Assembly: GCF_963921235.1 (NCBI RefSeq)
Contig: NC_086097.1
Coordinates: 139,936,001 to 140,000,000, forward strand
Source of the DNA: Mobula hypostoma
Taxonomy: Eukaryota
Direction: 5' to 3'
Length of the DNA: 64,000 bases
This document shows, piece by piece, positions 25,105 to 38,554 of the stretch. Position numbers and translations under genes: made by a program. Within the stretch, counting starts at the first letter, position 1. Each line of letters opens with the position of its first letter. Under the pieces are notes generated by a model, which was given only the letters and a program-made list of their open reading frames with translations, had not been told where the DNA came from and made no database searches.

Positions 25105-26239
25105 GTAAGTAGATTGGACACAATAGGACTTAAATTATTATTCTGTTTTTGCTAGTGTTGTGAAATTGTGGTTTCTTTTGTTTCTCTGGGCTGAATGTAT
25201 AACAGCTGTGTTATGATCAGAGGGTTGGTTTCTAGCCTCTATCACAGCCACAAAATCTGCAATGCCAACCAGCTCCTCTTTCCCACTTCGCCCTGCTCTC
25301 CATGAGAAGGCACTTGCTGCATTTTGAACAGTGTTTTGTTTGTGCCATGGACCAGCTTTGATTCTCATCTGGGATAGAAAGCAGAAGCCTTTCTACAACA
25401 CACTGAGCGCAAGGAAACAAACAATACAACTAGAGAGTAGATTTGGTTCGTTTTTCAGCTCCCCTCTGTTTTTGGTTAGGTGAGAATAGCTCTGTCTACT
25501 CCAGTGCCCCTCCCATCTCTGGAGAGCATGTGGATTAACATGGTTATCAGTGCTTGCTCTGAACAGGTACCTAACTCAAGGTAGAGAATAGGTCTGGAAG
25601 TGCTTGATTCACTTGACTCAGTCTAAACCTCCATCTGAAGCCAAGGGAATAACAAAGAAACTAGTTTGAGAGGATCACTGGCAACCTTACTGTTCTAAGT
25701 CCAGCCTGTGTCCAGAAGTGAATGCAGACAAATAGAGATTGTAGGTGTGTTTTCATAGAACAGTATTAAACTGACAGGGCGTGTTGTAACCAAAATGCAA
25801 TGCATCCAGTTAAAAACATTTATTTTGTGCCAGGATTTTTCACCTCAGTGGTTGGTGGTTTAAATAGAATTTATTCCTGCATGTGGGGGAGAAATAAATT
25901 AAAAATAGATAATAATTACCAATTTAGAAATAAAGGCAACTTTCATTTATAATGTATCTGGGTGATGGGTGAAGGTCAATGGGGAGGTCGATCTGACAGA
26001 AGAGACTGTGCTGAGTAAACTTAAGTTGTACAGACTTGAGTTTAAAATGTGTTGGTTGAGGGGGGTGGAATTTGGGTGAAATGAAAAGTATGCCAGTATT
26101 AAACAATAGAAAAGCATAAATTATGAATAAATGATCAATTTACCAGATATTTCTAAATAATCCCACTCATTCTGTATTAAAATTAGCATATAGTATTCAG
26201 TAACCAATACCTGAGGATTATCTTTTTCCTTTAATTTAG

Positions 26240-26302
26240 GGAATGGTTGCCTTGAAATCGCATATTTCACAATTTTTGCCGCGACATCTTCTGGGTTCAT
26301 GG
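26240..26302 (+). CDS. DPY19L1: DPY19-like exon
   Basis: ttaatttag / gtaggt; 63 nt; GMVALKSHISQFLPRHLLGSW, in frame and positionally equivalent to the less conserved GILAMK...W segment. Confidence 0.85.
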
Positions 26303-26649
26303 GTAGGTTGTTCTCTATTTACAGCTATGTGTGATTTAATATTATAAAATGCATTATTGTGTAGCTATATAATTTACACATTCTCAAACCTCAGCTCCTT
26401 GTACGCTCTTCAGAACCTGTTTGTTTTAATGTTGTTGGTTTCTGCGTAGACTATAGGAATTGAATTCTCTACACTTCTTAATCTCAGTACCAAGTAGTTC
26501 ACAAAGCCTTTGGGACTGTACTTCCTAGTGAACATGCCCCACATGTAACTGGGATAGAACTGATACCAGGTTTTCATGAGCTAGACTATTGGTTATTAGT
26601 TCTGCTTAATAATTGGATAAATAAGGGTTGTTCATGCCAATGTGCATAC

Positions 26650-28200
26650 AGCACAACTTGGGATATTTATCCTAGGTCAGGCTAACTGGCCTATAATTTC
26701 CTTCTTTCTGCCTCCCTCCCTTAGAGTGGACTGATATTTGCAATTTTTCAGTCTTCTGCAACCATTCCAGGATCTAGTGATTCTTGAAAGGTTGCTACTA
26801 GTGCTTCCACAATCTCTTCAGCTAGTTATTTTGGAACCCTGAGGTGTAGTCCATCTGGTCCAGGTCATGTATCCACCTTCAGACCTTTCAGCTTCTCAAG
26901 CACCTTCTCCTTATTAATAGCAACTGCACTCACTTCTGCTCACAGACACGCTCAAATTTCTGGCATACTGCTAGTGTCTTGAACAACTGAAGACTGATGC
27001 AAGATACTTAAGTTCATCCCATTTCTTTGTCTCCAGTACAACTTCTCCAGTGTTATTTTCCAGTGGTCTGATATCCACTGTCACCCCTCTTAAACTCTTT
27101 ATATATCTGGGGAAAAAAAACTGTTTGTATCCTCTTTTATATTATTGGCTAGCTTACTCTTATTCGCTTCTTCTCTCCTAATGGCTGTTCTAGTTGCCTT
27201 CTGTTGGTTTTTAAAAGCTTCCCAATCCTCTAACCTCCCACTAATTTTTGGCATATAATCTCTGATTTGCTTTTGTTGTCTTTGACTTCCCTTGTCAGCC
27301 ATGGTTGCCTTATCCTCCCTATAGAATGCTTCTTCATCTTTGGGATATACCTATCCTGCACCCTCCAAATTGCTCCCAGAAACTCCAGCCATTGCTGTTT
27401 TGCTGTCATTCCTGCTATTATCCCCTTCCAATCAACTTTGACCAGCTCCTCTCTCATGCCTCTGTAATTTCCTTTACTCCACTACATCTTACTTTAGCTT
27501 TTCCTTCTCAGACTGCAGGGTGAAATCTATCATATTATGATCTCTGGCTCCCAAGGGTTCCGTTACCTTTAACTCCTGGATCAAATCTGGTTTATTACAC
27601 AACCAGAATTCCCTTTTCTCGAGTGGGCTCAGCCATAAGCTGCTCTAAAAAGCCATCTGGTAAGCATTCTTCAAATTCCCTCTCTTGGGATCCAGCATCA
27701 ACCTGATTTTCCCATCTTCCTGTATATTGAAATCCGCCATGATTATCATAACATTGCCCTTTTTACATGCCTTCCTTGGACCTATCCAAGTCTTTCTTAA
27801 ATGATATTATCATACCAGGTGCAATATACTTACTCTGGCAGATCATCCTATATACTTACCACCCTTTGCATGAAGGTCCCATCTAAATCATTCCCCTCTC
27901 AACCTAAATCTATGCCTTCTAGTTTTAGATTCTCCTACTCTGGGGAGAACACTGTTATGACCTACCCTATCCACACTTATCATCATTTTGAAGCATATTA
28001 CAAGGTTGCTCTCATTCTCCTATGATCCAAGGAGTAAAGACCTAACCTGGCCAACTTCTCCCCTAACTCAGGCCCTCTAGTCCTGGCAACATCTTTTAAA
28101 ATCTTTTCTGTATTTTTCCAGCGTAACCTTTAAGAGAGTTACTTTCCTATAACAAGGTGACCAAAGCTATACACAATATTCCAGTGTGGTCTCCGTAGTT
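26650..28200 (-). mobile_element. Two CR1 fragments
   Basis: MREELVKVDW...QQWLEFL..I.RVQDRYIP...QPWLTREVK; second piece from the ORF2 3' region. Confidence 0.8.
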
Positions 28201-28518
28201 CAGTGCTCCTGCAGTATTTTTTGCCCAAGGATGTTGCTTCTTTGGACTGTCTGAACAGCAAGGATTCAGTGGCTTTCTGCTTGGCTGCAATCTGTTAAGT
28301 TGTCCTGCAATCTCAAAATTTCTTTCCCTATGTAGAAATAGTAATGGGCTTTCTGCTCTTTTAAGAGTCATCTGTTTTCCCAAATGAGTATGCTTCCAAT
28401 GGGTGCATGGATTTCATCCAGAAAATGTATGGACCGTATTCTTTTAAAATAAGTCAGTACTGATGTTTAATTTCTTCTGGTTTATACCCATGGGAAATCA
28501 AAGCTATATTATCTAGTG

Positions 28519-29510
28519 CAATGGTTCTGAACCTGTTTTTGCACATGGCCCATTTGTCACTCACTTACCTCTGTGGTCCCCACCCACCATAGTCTGTGTT
28601 AGTTGCTGGAGTTTTTTTGTGTTAATTGTACTAATTATTCTAATATACAGTCAATATTTAGGATTTAACAGGTTATAAATATTGTATGTTAAAGATAATG
28701 TTACAGGTGTATATGAGAAATAAAATGGTTTCAAAGCTCTGAATAGGATAATTATAATCTTCCAACCAGCAATGAAAATGCACTTAATATTGTTTCTTAG
28801 GGTGTTTAGTGAGATCTTTGCGATTAATGCAAACTAGTGAGTTTTTGAATATCTGGTTGCAACTTGGTTGAAGATATCAAAGATCACCCCTTTTCTCAAC
28901 ATCAAGACCGTTATGAGCTTTTGATAGCAGGTGAAGAGCTTGCGTAAACCAGATTCAACTAGTTAAGAGGTGGGACTACCAATTAAAAACAACTTCGCTT
29001 TCTCCCAGAGCTGTGGAAACTTATTTTGAATACTGCATGTAATCCAGAAATTTTGCTTGCTGTGTTTGAATTTTGCTTGAGCTGTTATATTATTCTACAG
29101 CTCAATAAGACATTCTTGCAATGTGTTGTCAACATCATTCACATTCACCCCAAATGGATTCACCATCCAATCTAGAAAATGCATCTCTAGCAGGTCTCTG
29201 AACCAAACTTCCATATCAGTGTGTGTTTGCTTCATATGGTCAAGATATACAATCAAATCATCATCTTGCAGTTAAATTTCCACTGAAGGAAATTGCATAA
29301 ACTTGCACAGTCCAATAATGCTGCTGAAAAGTTTGAATTTTCCAAGGAAAGCAGTAATAACCTCTTTGCATGATACGAGATTGTAGTTCTTTCCTTCTAA
29401 CTGTTCAGTTTTTCAAGTATATCTGACAGATAAAATATATCAGACTTAGCAGTGACAATTTGTTCTCCAAGCTGCTTATCACTTAGAAATGCTTCAAAAC
29501 TATCAAGAAA
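28519..29510 (-). mobile_element. hAT (Buster/SCAND3-like) transposon 3' part
   Basis: terminus caatggttctgaacc preceded by atctagtg; minus strand SDIFYLSDILEKLN, ITAFLGKFKLF, FPQLWEKAKLFLIGSPTS*LVESG (hAT dimerisation region). Confidence 0.78.
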
Positions 29511-29574
29511 AATAAATTGAACTTCCTTTCAAAATATTATAAGTACCAGGTGCAAACCTCTCACCTGGCTTGTA

Positions 29575-30437
29575 CAGTGGTATGCAAAAGTTTGGGCACC
29601 CCTGGTCAAAATTTCTGTTTCTGTGAATAGCTAAGTGAGTAAAGGATGACCTGATTTCCAAAAGACATAAAGTTAAAGATGACACATTTCTTTAATATTT
29701 TAAGCAAGAAAACTTTCTTATTTTCATCTTTTACAGTTTCAAAATAACAAAAAAGGAATAGGGTCCGAAGCAAAAGTTTGGGCACCCTGCATGGCAGTAC
29801 TTAGTAACACCCCCTTTGGCAAATATCACAGCTTGTAAACACTTTTTGTAGCCAGCTAAGAGTCTTTCAATTCTTGTTTGGGGGACTTTCGCCCATTCTT
29901 CCTTGCAAAAGGCTTCTGGTTCTGTGAGATTCTTGGGTTGTCTTGCATGCACTGCTCTTTTGAGGTCTATCCACAGATTTTCAATGATGTTTAGGACGGG
30001 GGGCTGTGAGGGCCATGGCAAAACCTTCAGCTTGTGCCTCTTGAGGTAGTCCATTGTGGATTTTGAGTTGTGTTTAGAACCTGTTGTAAAAGCCATCCTC
30101 TTTTCATCTTCAGCTTTTTTACAGACGGTGTGATGTTTGCTTCCAGAATTTGCTGGTATTTAATTGAAGTCATTCTTCCCTCCACCAGTAAATGTTCCCC
30201 TTGCCACTGGCTGCAACACAAGCCCAAAACATGATCGATCCACCCCCGTGCTTAACAGTTGGAGAGGGGTTCTTTTCATGAAATTCTGCACCCTTTTTTC
30301 TCCAAACATACCTTTGCACATTGCGGCCAAAAAGTTCTATTTTAACTTCATCAGTCCACAGGACTTGTTTCCAAAATGCATCAGGCTTGTTGAGATGTTC
30401 CTTTGAACCTTTTGAATAGAACTTTTGCATGCCACTG
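29575..30437 (-). mobile_element. Tc1 transposon, internally deleted copy
   Basis: TA-CAGTGGTATGCAAAAGT ... ACTTTTGCATGCCACTG-TA; VLWTDE, HGGGSIMFW, WPSQPPVLNIIENLW; 5' half and most of one TIR missing. Confidence 0.92.
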
Positions 30438-32179
30438 TATAAAAACTTGGCTTATTAGCTAACTCTGCTAACAGCCACATGACTCAGCAGTGAGAAGACC
30501 ACCTTTCATAAGCAATACACGTCCAGGGTCAGTATGATTTGGGGTTCAAGCAAACAGGAAAGTTGGGATGTTCGAATTAAGGAACTTTGATTGTTGCGAA
30601 TGCTGTGTAAATACTGCCCGTACTCAATTAGCAGTCACCAAGAAATTGCAGATTGTACACCAGTATGAAATTACACAAAGAATATTTACTAACTTTCAAC
30701 TTTATCAAACAATTAATAGGAGAAGAAAATGTAAATAAATAAAAAGGCCCATTATAGTTAACCAGTCTACATGTGCATATAAACATTGGAGCTTATTTCT
30801 GGAGTAGGCGCATGTATCGCTTTACTCACGTGTGGATCCCACGTTCTGCGCGAAAGACACCAGCCACAGTTTGAACTTCCCTCATGATTTCAGGACCCTC
30901 AATCCATTTGCAAATGGAGGTAACATATCTCACCATGGGGTTGACATTACACTGTTCCCAGGTGCATTATATATCAGCCTATCTGGGGGTTTCCTAATTC
31001 TGAAACCTTCTTCAGCCTCAGGCACTCCTTATGACTGTTCCTGTTTACTCGGGCATGCCTCCCAAGCTATCACTCGTATCTTCTAGTGACTCAGGTTCCC
31101 CTGCCATTAAACTGAACTCCGCTTCATCCCCAATTATATTGGAGCCCAGGTCAAGCAGGTGCTGCCAAACATCTTCAAGCTTCGCTGATCCTAACTGGAC
31201 CTCACTCGGAAAAGGGTGTCCTCTGTCATTCTAGCTACTCCTCCAGGACGTAACATGACAGGTTTAGATGTTTATGCTCATCATACTGCTTGGGAGAAAT
31301 TTGTACCTTTTCAAATGCAGCTCTGAATACTGGGTGAATGGACAAATTTTTCAAAAAATTCTCTCCACTTCTTGCATACTCCCACGAGCCTTCTCACAAT
31401 GGGAGTATTTGTGCCCATAAGCATGGAAGTTTCATCTTTTTCAACCAGATTTGGGCAGCCAACACTCGTGTATGAAGAGTCTCAGCTACTCCAAAATCTG
31501 CCTCTGAAAACTCCAGTTTCAATGACAAGTAGCCATCATACAGGTAGTCATCAGTACTACGGCCCCAAAATTCCTAGGCCACTGAGTGGGGTCAAGAGGT
31601 CATGTATTGGTTGTAAAAAGGATCTGTAAAGTAAAGTAACTTGAGAACGTGTCAAATTTGGTTCTGAAATGTCCTCAATCTGTATGGATACATCCGAGCT
31701 TGGTCCCACTAAACCTTAAGGAATAGGGTTTTGCACTTGCATATTTCTCTTGATACACTCATTAGAATGTATTCTCTCTGAGATGCCAGCCAGTTCCTTT
31801 ACTGGGTCCCTTTGTACTTTTGCTTCTTTTCTTCTCTGTTTGATTAACTGCTGACATTTCGAAGCTTTTCCTTTCCTAAACAGTCTCGCTTGAAATGTCC
31901 CTCTTCTCCACAGTTGTAACAGAAAATACCGGTTGCCTCTCTGGTCAAAAGACCCTTTTCAGCAACATTCCTCTGCTTAGTGAGGCCTACAGGTGGGTCA
32001 TGTTTCCCAACGGACATTTCATGTTTAGCTGAAACATTAGCAGACATCCATCGAGTCAGCTCAACTTGGGCGTTTCACCTCATTCCTCAAAATCTCTATG
32101 CCTGTGGCATCACTTTAGCAGCAGAGGCTTCCACTGAAGACTTTACTTGGCTTTTAGAAATGTACCGCTTCTCAATCAT

Positions 32180-33517
32180 AAGACCATAAGATATAGGAGC
32201 AGAAGTCGGCCATTCGGCCCATCGAGTCTGCTCTGCCATTCAATCATGGGCTGATCCAATTCTTCCATTCATCCCCACTCCCCTGCCTTCTCCACACACC
32301 CTTTGATGCCCTGGCAAATCAAGAACCTATCTGCTTCTGCCTTAAATACACCCAATGACTTGACCTCCACAGCCGCTCATGGCAACAAATTCCACAGATT
32401 TAGCACCCTCTGACTAAAGTAATTTCTCCACATCCCTGTCTAAAAGGACATCCTTCAATCCTGAAGTTGTGACCTCTTGTCCTAGACTCCCTTACCATGG
32501 GAAATAACTTTGCCATATCTAATCTGTTCAGGCCTTTTAACATTTGGAATGTTTCTATGAGATCCCCTTCATTCTCCTGAACTCCAAGGAATACAGCCCA
32601 AGAGCTACCAAACATTCCTCAAACGGTAACCCTTTCATTCCTGGAATCATTCTTGTAAATCTTCTCTGAACCCTCTCCAATATCAGTATATCCTTTCTAA
32701 AATAAGGAGCCCAAAACTGCACACATAAGTGTGGTATCACGAGTGCCTTATAGAGCCTCAACATCACATCCCTGTTCTTATATTCTGTACCTCCAGAAAT
32801 GAATGCCAACATTGTATTCGTCTTTTTCACCACCTACGCAACCTGGAGGTTAATCTTTAGGGTATTCTGCACAAGGACTCCCAAGTCCCTTTGCATCTCT
32901 GCATTTTGAATTCTCTCCCCATCTAAATAATAGTCTGCCCGTGTATTTCTTCCACCAAAGTGCATGACCATACGCTTTCCAACATTGTATTTCATTTGCC
33001 ACTTCTTTACCTATTCCCCTAAACTATCTAAGTCTCTCTGCAGGCTCTCTGTTTCCTCAGCACTACTTGCTCCTCCACCTATTTTTGTATTATTGGCACA
33101 TTAAGCACAAATCTATTAATCCTATAGTCCACATCATTATCATACATTGTGAAAAGCAGTGGTCCCAATACCGACCCTTGTGGAACTCCACTGGTAACTG
33201 GCAGCCAGCCTGAATAGGATCCCTTTATTCCCACTCTGTTTTCTGCTGATCAGCCAATTCTCCACCCATGCTAGAAACTTCCCTGTAATTCCATGGACTC
33301 TTATCTTGCTAAGCTGCTTCATGTGCGTCACCTTGTCACAGGCCTTCTGAAAAACCAAGTACTCCACATCTATTGCATCTCCTTTGTCTACCCTGCTTGT
33401 AATTTCCTCAAAAAAACTGCAGTAGGTTAGTCAGGCAGGATTTTCCTTTCAGGAAACCATGCTGGCTTTGGCCTATCTTGTCATATGCCTCCAGCTACTC
33501 TGTAATCTCATCCCTAA
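32180..33517 (-). mobile_element. CR1 LINE inserted in the Gypsy gag
   Basis: 7-bp duplication caatcat at 32173-32179 and 33518-33524; removing the insert rejoins gag (QEENMI-EKRY). Confidence 0.9.
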
Positions 33518-34639
33518 CAATCATGTTTTCCTCCTGTCTAACTTTTCTGAGTAACCTGGTAAAATATGGAGGAGGGTGCATCTTGTGGGTCATTTGAATA
33601 CGTAGAGCAGTCATGTCATGTGACAATGCACCCTTCCCAATTTGCTCCACCTTCAGGCAATTTCTCTCAGACAGTTGAATGCCCCGTTTGTGGCACAAAC
33701 ACTGCAGCAGTTTCTCCAGCCTGAAAAGGTAGGCAGACAACTTTTCTACTTCCTCCTGGAATGTGTGCCTAAACTTAATCATAAGATTGGCTGAACTTTC
33801 AGTAGTGCCAACAGCATCTTCCAAAGCTAGCAAGTAATTAGCTGATGTGGCAATTGGTCTCTCTACCTTTAGGAACCTCACTATATTAGCGACTGGACCC
33901 TTTCAACTTCCTGCCAGTCTCTGTTTTTTCATATTACCTGAGTGCTGCCATTCATCTAGTAACTGGGATTCTGGTTAACCCAAGCCTCATATTCTTCTTC
34001 CCCATCGGCTGTGGGCTTAACTCCAGAGAATATTCTACGCCTGCAATAACTTTGGCTTTCCACAGGTACACTTCGGCATTTATCAACCAGTGATGTAATA
34101 GCTGAAACCAGGTGAGAACTTAAATCAACAGCTGAAAGACATTGGACTTCTCACATCAAACAATTCCTTTCCCTCACTTTGCAGAAATGAGAACAACTTG
34201 TCATTAAATTCTCCACCCTCAGCTACATTCCTCCCTTCCCTAGAGATATGAACTGGCCATGGCACCACCTCTCCAGGTGGCCCTATCCTATCAGGCAGAG
34301 CGACTTCAGTCTCGTCACTGGCAGTTTGGACTAACATGGCATTTATACCAGCAGATTGGTCAAAATGCCGTTCAGTCAGTGTAACTTTACCTTACACTTT
34401 TACAGACCTCGGCACTCTGAGTAGCAGCTTGTCGGGAATTCAGACATCCACCCCGCTCAGAACACAAGCTTTACATGAGGATACCCTCTTTGTATTGCAC
34501 TAGACCTTAATCCCAGTGGCAGCCATCATAACGTACCTTAATTATGATGCACCGCACTTTCCACAAATGCTAGTTTAAGGGTTTAACACACAAATAAACC
34601 ACTTAATCAATCCTTATACAGCATTCACACAGCATCCGA

Positions 34640-34657
34640 ATCCCGGTCAAGCCCCCA
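34640..34657 (-). promoter_or_regulatory. tRNA-Pro primer-binding site
   Basis: tgggggcttgaccgggat, 16/18 match to TGGGGGCTCGTCCGGGAT, between the LTR remnant and the gag start. Confidence 0.75.
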
Positions 34658-35339
34658 CAAACCAACCCTCAAACCGGGCTCGTATACGAACTTGGCTTGT
34701 TAACTTACTGTGCTAACAGTCATGTGACTCAGCAGTGAGAAGGCTACCTTTTATTAGCATAGCAGTAGCAATCTTACCCAGGCCATTACACAGGGATTTA
34801 ATAGAAGTTGTAGTGGTGGATAGTGATGCAGCGATAGACTTTCTAACTGTCCGCCTCTTCACAGTTTCACCATTTCTGACAGATGAGCCCACTACAGTTT
34901 TCATGTCATGTTTATAACACGCATGGGTCAGTGGAAGGCGAACAGAATCAGCCTCCTGCTGCCTAACGACTGACAGGCCTGCTCAATCTGCTGTTTGATT
35001 TGGGGGTAGATGTGGAGCGGAGTCATTCAGGATTCCAATTAAATTGCACTCACTAAGTTCATCTCTTTTTATTCATATACATGTACTTTGGTGATATTTC
35101 ATCAAAACAATAAACTTATGGCCTATTCAGTAACTCCTGTAGCCCCCAGTCTTGTTTCTTTCTTGTGGTCTCCTGAGGTGCCATGTGGCCCATGTTAAGA
35201 GCTGTTGATCTAGGCAAATATTTTTACATTCTTGACTGGCATGGCAGCCTTGCTAAGGCAAAATACTTTAAGGTGCTGCAAATTTGGAATAACAACCAAG
35301 TAGCGGAGTATTCAAGGACATTTTCAACTTCTCACTACT

Positions 35340-37507
35340 ACGGGCAGAAGTTCCCACTTGCCTCAAAAAGGCAACAATTATACCAGTGCCTAAGAAGAAT
35401 AATGTGGGCTGCCTTAATGACTATCGCCCAGTAGCACTCACATCTACAGTAATGAAATGCTTTGAGAGGTTGGTTATGACTAGACTGAACTCCTGCCTCA
35501 GCAAGGACCTGGACCCATTGCAATTTGCCTATTGCCACAATAGGTCAACGACAGACACAATCTCAATGGCTCTCCACACAACCTTAGACCACCTAGGCAA
35601 CACAAGCATCTACGTCAGGATGCTGTTCATCGACTATAGCTCAGCATTTAATACTGTCATTCCCACAATCCTGATTGAGAAGTTGCAGAACCTCGGCTTC
35701 TGTTCCTCCCTCTGCAATTGGATCCTCGACTTCATAACCAGAAGACCACAGTCTGTGCAGATTGGTGATAACATATCCTCCTCGTTGACAGTCAACACTG
35801 GGGCATCTCGGGGGTGTGTGCTTAGCCCACTGCTCTACTCTCTGTATACACATGACTGTGTGGCTAGGCATAGCTCAAATACCATCTATAAATTTGCTGA
35901 AGATACAACCGTTGCTGGTAGAATTTCAGGTGGTGACGAGAGGGTGTACTGGAGTGAGATATGCTAACTAGTGGAGTGGTGCTGCAGCAACAACCTGACA
36001 CTCAACGTCAGTAAGATGAAAGAGCTGATTATGGACTTCAGGAAGGGTAAGACGAAGGAACACATACCAATCCTCACAGAGGGATCAGAAGTGGAGAGAG
36101 TGAGCAGCTTCAAGTTCCTCAGTGTCAAGATCTCTTCGGATCTAACCTGGTCCCAACATATCAATGTAGTCATAAAGAAGGCAAGTCAGCAGCTATAGTT
36201 TATTAGGAGTTTGAAGAGATTTGGCATGTCAATAAATACACTCAAAAACTTCTATAGTTGTACTGTGGAGAGCATTCTGACAGGCTGCATCACTGTCTGA
36301 TATAGAGGGGCTACTGCACAGGACCAAAAGAAGCTGCAGAAGGTCATAAATCTAATCAGCTCCATCTTGGGTACTAGCCTACAAAGTACCCTGGACATCT
36401 TTAGGGAGCGGTGTCTCAGAAAGGCAGCGCCATTATTAAGGACGTCCAGCACCCAGGGCATGCCCTTTTCTCACTTTTATCATCAGGCAGGAGGTACGGA
36501 AGCCTGAAGGCACACACTCAGTGATTCAGGAGCAACTTCTTCCCCTCTGCCATCCGATTCCTAAATGGACATTGAAGCTTTGGACACCACCTCACTTTTT
36601 AAAAAACTATACAGTATTTCTGTTTTTGCATTAAAAAAATCTATTCAATACACATAATTGGTTTACTTGTTTATTTATTATTATGTTTTTTTTCTGTCTG
36701 CTAGATTAGGTATCGCATTGAACTGCTGCTGCTAAGTTAACAAATTTCACGTCACAACCCAAATCATTGGTATATACACTTGAAATTTTGTCATAGAGCA
36801 TATTTAACACCGAGAATTAGACATCAACTGGGACTGGTTCCTGACCCTTATTGCTCATTTTGCCCAGACGGAGCCATTGGCTATTTTTTACATGTTGTAT
36901 GGGAATGCCCAGGGGTTTTTGATTTGTGGGGGAAGGTTATCAGTACTCTTACAGAACTAACAGGGGTACAATTACCAATGGACCCCGCTGTACATCTTCT
37001 AAATGATGACTCCCACCTTTCCCTTACGGAAAAAACACGCAAAATCTGGCTGGCAGGCTTGACTGCAGCTAAGAAGATTGTAGTCCAGCGCTGGAAACCT
37101 CCCCATGATATTTCAAATACTCACTGGCTTCAGAGCTTTTTTGGACATTTCTTACCTGGAACTTTCATCAGCAAGAGTAAATGATGCACGACCAAACAGA
37201 ATCATAATGTGGACAAATTTGATATCTAACTTAAAAGATCATTTGTTAAAATAGGAATGCTTTGTCTGTGTATGTACTACTATTCAGTTGATTGGGGGAG
37301 GGGAGAGGGTTGGGGGGGAGAGAGGGGTGGAGGGAGGATGGTGATGAAGGTTGGGGGGTGGCTGGGTTAAACAGTCAAAATGTAATTGGCAACTGGTTGT
37401 ATTGAATGTAATTTGTTGGTGTTGCAATAAAAAATTAATAATAAAAAAAACAAATTTCACGTCACATGCAGATGATAATAAACCTGATAATGATTCTGAT
37501 TCTGATA
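35340..37507 (+). mobile_element. Rex1/Babar LINE, 5'-truncated, 3' UTR split by L1
   Basis: PKK....[54 protein letters not shown]; (GATTCT)n tail. Confidence 0.9.
36757..37450 (+). mobile_element. L1-clade LINE 3' fragment
   Basis: ORF2 Cys-rich C-terminus (KFCHRAYLTP...CSFC...H..WECP...FW-like), G-rich 3' UTR, AATAAA, A tail, perfect TSD (aa)caaatttcacgtcaca. Confidence 0.9.
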
Positions 37508-37999
37508 GTGGTCAAGTAGCCCAGTTGCATCCTGGAGAGAGAACGAGGGGAATGTTTAAGAAATGAAAATGAAAAGGGCCTTTTCTTCACTCCGAGAATC
37601 AAGAAGTGTTCTTTGTCTTCATTCTTCACCTTCTTCCTCTTATGCCACATTGTCTCCTCCCTTCTTCTTTCAGCATTTTCAATGTATCATTCCTTCCATT
37701 GGAGATCCACTCTCCAATTAGATCCTTCTAACCATGACTCCATCTACAAAAGTACAGAATGTTGAACATTGACAACTTCTACCTACTGGCCAAGGCTCCA
37801 AATGTTTTCAGGTGGAGCAGTAATTCAAATGCCTTACTTTTGAGTTTTGATGCAGTCTTTTCTCTCCTATAGCAACAAACTTTACTGATAAGCAGACTAT
37901 TCTTAACCCAACATTGCATTCTGCAATTTTAGATCAAAGCCTCCGCTCCCATTATTGTGGGGCAACAGTTTTTGGTAATAATTCTGTCTCTAACATTGT

Positions 38000-38341
38000 T
38001 ATTTTTTTCCCCATTTGTTGTAAACTTTTGCACGTTCTTTAATCTTTTTGCTATTGTATTTCATTGTATTCCTTTTCTTTTTTCTCTATTTTTGAGCACA
38101 AACATGCAACTGACGCTATTTTAAAGCTGTTCACTCTAAACATGGTGTGGTGTCTAATGGCCACACAAGTGCACGTGGCTGATGTTAGTTAGAAATTGTT
38201 CATCAACAGTTTTCTGTTTCAGTATGTGGCATAGTGTCCCAAATCCCAGCAATTTTTTTGATTAGTTTTTGTTCTTTAAGAGCTGTCCTAAATAAGTGGC
38301 TGCCCCAATTAACTGATGGCTCAATTAACTGGAATCCACTG
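38000..38341. mobile_element. Tigger/pogo-type non-autonomous element end
   Basis: ...ccccaattaactgatggctcaattaactggaatccactg-TA terminus with subterminal repeats. Confidence 0.55.
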
Positions 38342-38473
38342 TATTGTAAAATAACAAGTTTGCGAGTGTATTTCTCAAACTGAAATTTGCCATGTGTTTT
38401 AAATATATGTTTTGTGTGCAAGTAGAGTGTAATGATGCAAATATGATCTCTATTATTTGTAAATCTTTTGCAG

Positions 38474-38554
38474 ATAGCTAAAGGAACTGTCTGGCTTGTT
38501 GGAACCATAATCCTCAAATTTGTGGCTTCTAAACTGTTAGGAGTTACTGATGAT
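38474..38554 (+). CDS. DPY19L1: DPY19-like exon
   Basis: ttttgcag / gtaagt; 81 nt; IAKGTVWLVGTIILKFVASKLLGVTDD. Confidence 0.92.

Larger units (their letters stand above)
29551..34762 (-). mobile_element. Ty3/Gypsy LTR retrotransposon with PNMA-like gag and protease, pol largely deleted
   Basis: PNMA-type capsid (YLLALEDAVG...FRHTFQEEVEKLSAYLFRLEKLL), CCHC knuckle CYNCGEEGHFKRDC, protease remnant (GLVGP...TRSQVTLL), tRNA-Pro PBS; homologous LTR ends at 29551-30515 (split by Tc1) and 34658-34762. Confidence 0.85.

Noticed and set aside
28810..29510. SCAND3/ZBED host gene
   Set aside because: Multiple stops and frameshifts and an adjacent hAT terminus
33495..34337. Domesticated PNMA/MOAP1 host gene
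   Set aside because: Stops, frameshifts, a CR1 insertion, and flanking PBS/LTR show a decayed retrotransposon
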